A program made the position numbers and the translations under genes. From a virus (Duplodnaviria; Heunggongvirae; Uroviricota; Caudoviricetes), in IMG/VR virus record IMGVR_UViG_2651869782_000036, positions 1 through 12,726 of that record: DNA of 12,726 bases; one strand, written 5' to 3'. The notes below the pieces were generated by a model. The model did not search any database and had not been told where the DNA came from. It saw nothing but the letters and a program-made list of their open reading frames with translations. This document shows positions 7,163-12,726 of the stretch, piece after piece. Position 1 is the first letter of the stretch. Every line of letters begins with the position of its first letter.

Positions 7163-7479
7163 ACAGCCACAGCGCACAACTGAATAAAATCGCGTGACGA
7201 CATTTTTTTAATCATCACTTCATCCAGTCGTGGCGAGGTCACGCGAGGCAACAGCGTGAACATGGTATCCGCTTTCAGATTCAGCACATCAGACAGCGAC
7301 AGACCACGCAGGGATCCAGCCTGTTCAATAGCCCCGGTGATCTCCACATACGTGATTTTTTCGCCACCACGCTCAATTGGTCGGGTCAGTTTTACGCCAC
7401 GTTCGACAGCCATATCCTCACCTGCCGTCACATCATCCGCCACGGTGTTATTCCGGGTTTCAGTATCGATGTCTTTCAT
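7105..7479 (-). CDS. E: Tail assembly chaperone E (P2 gpE family)
   Basis: 124-aa ORF between tube and tape measure genes with a strong SD (AAAGGAG, 7 nt spacing); the position and the overlapping -1 ORF match the conserved chaperone pair (lambda G/GT, P2 E/E+E'). Confidence 0.7.
   Translation of the reverse strand: MKDIDTETRNNTVADDVTAGEDMAVERGVKLTRPIERGGEKITYVEITGAIEQAGSLRGLSLSDVLNLKADTMFTLLPRVTSPRLDEVMIKKMSSRDFIQLCAVAVNFMSEPDSGAKSVQETAA
7156..7162 (-). other. Candidate -1 programmed frameshift slippery heptamer A AAT TTT (read on the minus strand)
   Basis: Zero-frame codons GTA AAT TTT ATG (…AVNFM…); a -1 re-pairing gives AAA TTT TAT GAG… = KFYE…, exactly the E' reading frame. Confidence 0.4.
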
Positions 7480-7534
7480 CAGTTGTCTCCTTTTCAGTCA
7501 GAGGCGACGCACTGCGCCGCCTGCATATTACTTA

Positions 7535-8047
7535 TCAGCCAAGCCCGAGCGCGGAACGGATGCGATCGGGCACAATGTCCTTGCCGTCCTTCCGGTAAAT
7601 GAAGTTCAGCAGGTCAATCTCCCACAACGGGCGATCGTTAACACTCAGCTTGTAGTAGGTGTTTTTAATGGCGTAAGTGTGTGATGTGGCTTCGCCCTGT
7701 TTGGCTTCCCCCATATCAATTTCCGTCACACGTCCGCGCATTTCGACTTCATACAGGTCGCTTTCTGCATCGGTGTAGTATTCACCCGCAAAACGCAGCA
7801 GCGTGCCGTCAATCGTGCCGCCATACTTAAGGAACAGCTCACGAACTGCGCCCCCCATGACAAAGCTCGCATCAAGCGCGGAGTCGTCCAGACCGAGATC
7901 AATACTTACCGCACCCATCATGCCACCACCCCGGTAGCTGTCGGTTTTGCGCGTCAGCTTAGGCAGAGTGACGGACGTCACCTTACCCACTTCGTTTTCA
8001 CCATCCACAAACAGCGTAAAAAAGCGAAGATGTTTTGGTACAGCCAT
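7535..8047 (-). CDS. FII: Tail tube protein (P2 gpFII family)
   Basis: 170 aa; MAVPKHLRFFTLFVDGENEVGKVTSVTLPKLTRKTDSYRGGGMMGAVSIDLGLDD… resembles P2 FII as I recall it (…VTLPKLTRK…YRGAGM…DLGLDD…). Start ATG overlaps the FI stop (TGATG); SD GGGAGG. Confidence 0.88.
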   Translation of the reverse strand: MAVPKHLRFFTLFVDGENEVGKVTSVTLPKLTRKTDSYRGGGMMGAVSIDLGLDDSALDASFVMGGAVRELFLKYGGTIDGTLLRFAGEYYTDAESDLYEVEMRGRVTEIDMGEAKQGEATSHTYAIKNTYYKLSVNDRPLWEIDLLNFIYRKDGKDIVPDRIRSALGLG

Positions 8048-9231
8048 CAGGCACCTCCCAGCACCGCAAATGCGGGACCAAAGAATTCATCAGTAAACGA
8101 CTGGTAAAGCTCCATGTCTTCCAGCGGGGGAACAGGCGTATATTTGTAGCGAATACGCACGCGCCCCTGACGTAAATTCGTGGTGCCGTTATCCACCACG
8201 TCATACCAGCACGACGCCCCAATCAGTTTCCCGGCAGTAACCAGTGAATCCAGTTTTGCCCTGATGGCACTGATAACATCTTTCACGTTCGCAGGCGTCA
8301 GTGGACTGTCGATGGTTTCAAACTGCGCTTCCGCAATTGAATCAGCCAGCACCTGTGCGGTTCGGGTATACACCTCAAAGATGTAGGCGTTCGTTTCCGG
8401 TGTGCGGTTGCCCCAGAAGCGGAACCCGTTGCGACGAATAATGGTCGTGATTTCTTTGTTGTTGAGGCTGTTGGCATCACTGTCTTCGGCCTGCAACGAC
8501 CAGAACACATGCCTAGACATCCCCAGCACATTTTTAACCGGAACGTTGGACAGCGATTTGTGCCAGCCCTGCTCATGGTCAATGTACGCACGAAGGCCGC
8601 ACGCATAGGCAGGCGCGGGGAACGTTTCGTTTTTGCCACTTTTCGGGTTGTAGGCGATGAAGTCCGGCCATAAGAGCATCACCTCACGTTCGTTGAATTT
8701 CTGGCGATAGGTAATCGCCTCAGCCATCGTGTTACAGCCGTGACATGAGGCATACACAAACGCGCGCAGTTTACCTGCAATCACGCACAGGGATTTTGTT
8801 ACCGCCTCCGTGTCCAGCTCCGGCGCGGCCAGAATACGCGGACGGTATCCGATGCTTTCATCCTGCTCTGCAACAAGCAGCGCATACATCCCCGTATAGC
8901 TGCCGTCAGATTCAGAACCACCGATAACCAGTTGATCCTGCGTTTTTCCGTCTTCTTCTTTGTGTTCAGCCACGCGAACGACGATCACCTTTGTGCTCAC
9001 CTGGTCTGCGATGGCCTTAAGCGCACGATAAAGCGTCCCCGTTGTTCCGCATTTTCCCAGCACGTCATTGACGCGGGTCAGCAGTGTGGGCTTGTTCAGC
9101 GGGAACAGCTCCGCATCCGCATCATCCGCCGTTGCCACGATACCGATAACACTGGAATCAACATCATTAATCGCTGTTACCAGGTCGGTACTTTCCGTAA
9201 CACGGGCACCATGAAAACGAGTTTCACTCAT
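8047..9231 (-). CDS. FI: Contractile tail sheath protein (P2 gpFI family)
   Basis: 394 aa; motifs shared with P2 FI as I recall it (ADDADAELFPLNKP, GFRFWGNRT, YTRTAQV, YTPVPPLE); SD AAGGGG upstream of ATG 9231. Confidence 0.9.
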   Translation of the reverse strand: MSETRFHGARVTESTDLVTAINDVDSSVIGIVATADDADAELFPLNKPTLLTRVNDVLGKCGTTGTLYRALKAIADQVSTKVIVVRVAEHKEEDGKTQDQLVIGGSESDGSYTGMYALLVAEQDESIGYRPRILAAPELDTEAVTKSLCVIAGKLRAFVYASCHGCNTMAEAITYRQKFNEREVMLLWPDFIAYNPKSGKNETFPAPAYACGLRAYIDHEQGWHKSLSNVPVKNVLGMSRHVFWSLQAEDSDANSLNNKEITTIIRRNGFRFWGNRTPETNAYIFEVYTRTAQVLADSIAEAQFETIDSPLTPANVKDVISAIRAKLDSLVTAGKLIGASCWYDVVDNGTTNLRQGRVRIRYKYTPVPPLEDMELYQSFTDEFFGPAFAVLGGA

Positions 9232-9388
9232 AGCTTCAGCCCCTTGTATCCGTTAAATGATTCAGCAACAATCATCACCCACCACGCGCGTAATCTCACC
9301 CCTGCGCTATTCTCCCGCCACGGCGACAACAAAAAGCAGTAACCCACTCCGCACGCACATGCGACCATGCCGCACAGGGAGGGAACAG

Positions 9389-10498
9389 ATGACCGACACC
9401 ACCATGCAATTGCTCAGTCAGGGCACAGACCCCGTGAAAATGCCGGATTTTGATATTCTCGCGGAGGGTAAAACGCTGTCCGGCGTGGCAGAGCGCCTGA
9501 TGAGCCTGTCGCTGACCGACAACCGGGGATTTGAGGCGGACCAGCTCACCATCACGCTGGATGATGCCGATGGCCAGTTGCAGCTACCGCCACGGGGCGC
9601 GCGTCTGACGGTTCTCATTGGCTGGAAAGGGGAACCGCTGACAGAAAAAGGCACTTACATTGTTGATGAAATCGCTCACGAAGGACCGCCGGACAGGCTG
9701 ACTGTTTCAGCCAGAAGCGCAGATTTTCGGGATGAATTTAACGTTAAACGTGAGGTGTCCTGGCATGATGTGACCGTTGAGCGTGTGGTATCCGCCATCG
9801 CTCATCGGTACGGTCTGAAACCGCAAATCAGCGAAATGCTGATGGATATCGAAATCGACCACGCCGACCAGACCGAAGAAAGCGACATGTCCTTTCTTAC
9901 GCGCATGGCGGAAATGCTGGGCGCAATCACCACGGTAAAAAGCGGCAATCTGTTATTCATCATGCCAGGTGGTGGCGTGAACGCACAGGGCCAGCCGTTG
10001 CCCTCGTTCGCCATTACACGCAGCAGCGGCGATCGCCATCAGTTCCGTATTGCTGACCGCGAGGCGTATACGGGGGTACGCGCCTACTGGCTTGATCTTA
10101 ATTACGGGAAAAAGAAAAAAGTCAGCGTGAAACGCCGTAAACCGCCAAAACCCAAAAAGGAGAAAAGCAGCAGCCGTGAAGGTGATTATATGGAAGGCGC
10201 GGAAGGCAATGTGTTTGTGTTACGCAAGACTTATCAGAACGAGCAGGCAGCAAGACGCGCAGCGGCGGCAAAGTGGCAGCAACTACAACGCGGAGCCGCA
10301 TCATTCTCCATCACACTGGCTCGTGGACGCGCAGAACTCTACCCCGAAATGCATGGCACGGTGACAGGCTTCAAAAGTGACATCGACAATCAGGACTGGA
10401 TTATTGCAAAAGCCGAGCACACCATTGATAACAGCGGCTTTACCACGCAGCTTGAGCTTGAAGCAAAAATCCCGGAATGGATAGCAGAAACAGAGTGA
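9389..10498 (+). CDS. D: Phage late control / tail protein D (P2 gpD family)
   Basis: ~369 aa from ATG 9389, preceded by SD GGGAGGGAA; contains LSLSLTDNRGFEADQLTITLDDADG, which matches the gpD family as I recall it. The ORF-track start at 9257 is rejected as having no SD. Adjacent to ogr as in P2. Confidence 0.75.
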   Translation: MTDTTMQLLSQGTDPVKMPDFDILAEGKTLSGVAERLMSLSLTDNRGFEADQLTITLDDADGQLQLPPRGARLTVLIGWKGEPLTEKGTYIVDEIAHEGPPDRLTVSARSADFRDEFNVKREVSWHDVTVERVVSAIAHRYGLKPQISEMLMDIEIDHADQTEESDMSFLTRMAEMLGAITTVKSGNLLFIMPGGGVNAQGQPLPSFAITRSSGDRHQFRIADREAYTGVRAYWLDLNYGKKKKVSVKRRKPPKPKKEKSSSREGDYMEGAEGNVFVLRKTYQNEQAARRAAAAKWQQLQRGAASFSITLARGRAELYPEMHGTVTGFKSDIDNQDWIIAKAEHTIDNSGFTTQLELEAKIPEWIAETE

Positions 10499-10540
10499 GC
10501 AACTTAGAATAGCGGCAGCACCACGTTAAGGGAGGTCGCT

Positions 10541-10801
10541 ATGTTCCGTTGTCCGCTTTGTGGCGCATCTGCCCGTATCCGCACCAGTCGTTCGGAAAAT
10601 GATTCAAACACCGTACGGAAAAAATATTACCAGTGTAACAACCTGGAATGCGGCATAAGTTTCTCAACACTGGAAGCTTTCCATAAATTCACATCGAAAC
10701 ACGCCCCCGGCGTTCACTCTTCAGAAGGTATCCCGTGGCATGAGTTGCCAGCTTCACACAGGGGAAACAATCAGATGAGTTTGCCTTTATCTCAGAATTA
10801 A
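10541..10801 (+). CDS. ogr: Ogr/Delta-family zinc-finger late transcription activator
   Basis: 86 aa; MFRCPLCG…(22 aa)…CNNLEC gives the C-X2-C-X22-C-X4-C spacing typical of Ogr; N-terminus resembles P2 Ogr (MFHCPLC…). SD TAAGGGAGG 5 nt upstream. Confidence 0.8.
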   Translation: MFRCPLCGASARIRTSRSENDSNTVRKKYYQCNNLECGISFSTLEAFHKFTSKHAPGVHSSEGIPWHELPASHRGNNQMSLPLSQN

Positions 10802-10810
10802 CAGGCAGAA

Positions 10811-10839
10811 TTGCCGGAGTAACAAAAAAGCGATAGATT
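10811..10839 (+). promoter_or_regulatory. Putative sigma70 promoter of the hok-like transcript (-35 TTGCCG, 17-bp spacer, -10 TAGATT)
   Basis: Hexamers are weak matches to consensus (4/6 each), with 17-bp spacing, placed so that a transcript would begin near 10846, at the 5' element that is complementary to the 3' end of the transcript. Sequence-only guess. Confidence 0.3.
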
Positions 10840-10992
10840 ACGCGCGGGTGCCTTTCGGCTGATGGTCGGAGGGAATACCCGAAGGCCGGATGTGGAAAGG
10901 CCCCGGAAAACATCTCTGTTTAACCGAGGCCCTAACATATCTACCTTAAGCAAGTGATAGGTTAGCGCCTCTCCAACAAAGGAGCAAGCGCT

Positions 10993-11133
10993 ATGTCGCA
11001 AAAATCGCTTACGGCCATCACGTTCTGCGTGACGGTAATCCTCATAATCTGGATGCTGCACGGTTCGCTGTGTGAAATACGGATGAGCTTCTGGGGAGCG
11101 GAGTTTGCGGCGTTCTTACAGTGTAAGCAGTAA
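10993..11133 (+). CDS. Hok/Gef-family type I toxin-like small membrane protein (46 aa)
   Basis: MSQKSLTAITFCVTVILIIWMLHGSLCEIRMSFWGAEFAAFLQCKQ: N-terminal hydrophobic helix followed by SLCEIR and E-x-AAF-x-x-C/Y, as in Hok (…[23 protein letters not shown]…). SD AAGGAG 8 nt upstream of the ATG. Below the 60-aa cutoff of the ORF track. Confidence 0.65.
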   Translation: MSQKSLTAITFCVTVILIIWMLHGSLCEIRMSFWGAEFAAFLQCKQ

Positions 11134-11220
11134 GGAAACCGCGACGGGGGAGCAATCCCCCGTCAATCGGTTGCCAGGGTAAGGTCGATAAGGCACCCTA
11201 TCTCACAGACATGAACAACA

Positions 11221-11253
11221 AACCCGCAGCGTAAAAACTGCGGGTTTTCTTTT
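11221..11253 (+). terminator. Rho-independent terminator (downstream of the hok-like gene)
   Basis: Stem CCCGCAG / CTGCGGG with an 8-nt loop, followed by TTTTCTTTTT. Confidence 0.65.
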
Positions 11254-11284
11254 TGGTTCCCTCACTCATGAGGACACCAAAAAC

Positions 11285-11317
11285 AAAGCCCATAGCATAG
11301 AATGCTGTGGGCTTTTT
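11285..11317. terminator. Hairpin with flanking T-runs on both strands (bidirectional terminator candidate)
   Basis: AAAGCCCATAGCA (loop tagaa) TGCTGTGGGCTTT then TTTTT on +; on the minus strand the same hairpin is followed by TTTGTTTTTGG. Confidence 0.5.
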
Positions 11318-11392
11318 GCATTCAAAGATGGACGTTATATGGACACTTAAAAATAAAATCCATTTATTTTCAAATAATTAAACTTCTACTTA

Positions 11393-11413
11393 AAGCGCCC
11401 GCAGGCGCTTTTT
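11393..11413. terminator. GC hairpin plus T-run immediately downstream of serS (terminator candidate, better formed for + strand transcription)
   Basis: AAGCGCC (loop CGCA) GGCGCTT followed by TTT on +; on the serS (minus) side the trailing run is only TTTAAG, so the assignment to serS is uncertain. Confidence 0.45.
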
Positions 11414-11433
11414 AGATTCAGAAAAATTGGGTA

Positions 11434-12726
<1,293 letters not shown>

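Larger units (their letters stand above)
1..11253. mobile_element. P2-like prophage, right arm (partial; left end outside window, right boundary approximate, somewhere between the hok-like terminator and the serS 3' end)
   Basis: Contiguous set of P2-type tail genes (FI, FII, E/E', T, U, D), an Ogr-type activator and a tail fibre/invertase module, followed by the host housekeeping gene serS. Boundary not determined because no att repeat can be identified without the other prophage end. Confidence 0.8.

Noticed and set aside
7203-7209. A7 run as the E/E' frameshift site
   Set aside because: Kept only as an alternative: the base 5' of the run is T, so P-site re-pairing would be onto UAA, and the following codon is AUG. 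The A AAT TTT heptamer at 7156-7162 is a better fit.
7503-7521. Short GC-rich inverted repeat between FII and E (GGCGACGCA C TGCGCCGCC)
   Set aside because: Imperfect, essentially loop-less and with no T-run; possibly an intercistronic attenuator but too weak to call.
9257-9388. Upstream start for gpD at 9257
   Set aside because: No SD and a non-conserved-looking leader peptide; ATG 9389 has a strong GGGAGGGAA SD. The region more likely holds the divergent FI/D promoters.
10105-10170. Lys-rich low-complexity segment in gpD (GKKKKVSVKRRKPPKPKKEKSSS) encoded by A-rich DNA including a homopolymeric run
   Set aside because: Could be a slippage-prone tract or a linker insertion, but I cannot tell whether it is unusual for the family without an alignment; the ORF is intact.
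10689-11061. Minus-strand ORFs 10689-10913 and 10798-11061, antisense to the ogr 3' end and hok-like leader
   Set aside because: No SD or recognisable protein features. A small antisense (Sok-like) RNA could be encoded here, but no protein gene is called.

Overview
This window is the right arm of a P2-like (myovirus, Peduovirus-type) prophage and its junction with the host chromosome at serS. All calls are made by eye from the sequence and the ORF track; no database search was run. From left to right: (i) a tail-fibre tip diversification locus with five alternative C-terminal cassettes (two on +, three on -), each headed by a near-identical ~65-aa tail-collar-like segment (PDLRGEFIRGWDDGRG) and ending in a shared RPRNIAFNYIVRAA tail, with a single tail-fibre assembly gene, four in-window 26-bp gix/hix-like crossover sites and a Gin/Hin/Cin/Pin-family serine invertase; (ii) a leftward tail operon: sheath FI, tube FII, chaperone E with a -1-frame E' extension, tape measure T and U; (iii) rightward D and an Ogr-type zinc-finger late activator; (iv) a 46-aa Hok/Gef-like toxin ORF that the ORF track misses, with its own SD and terminator; (v) stacked terminators and then a complete seryl-tRNA synthetase gene (serS) on the minus strand. 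The most interesting features are the multi-cassette, multi-site inversion system (similar in logic to the Min system of plasmid p15B, more complex than Mu gin or P1 cin), the tail-gene order, which differs from canonical P2, and the hok-like moron at the prophage end. I cannot establish from sequence alone whether any of these is undescribed.
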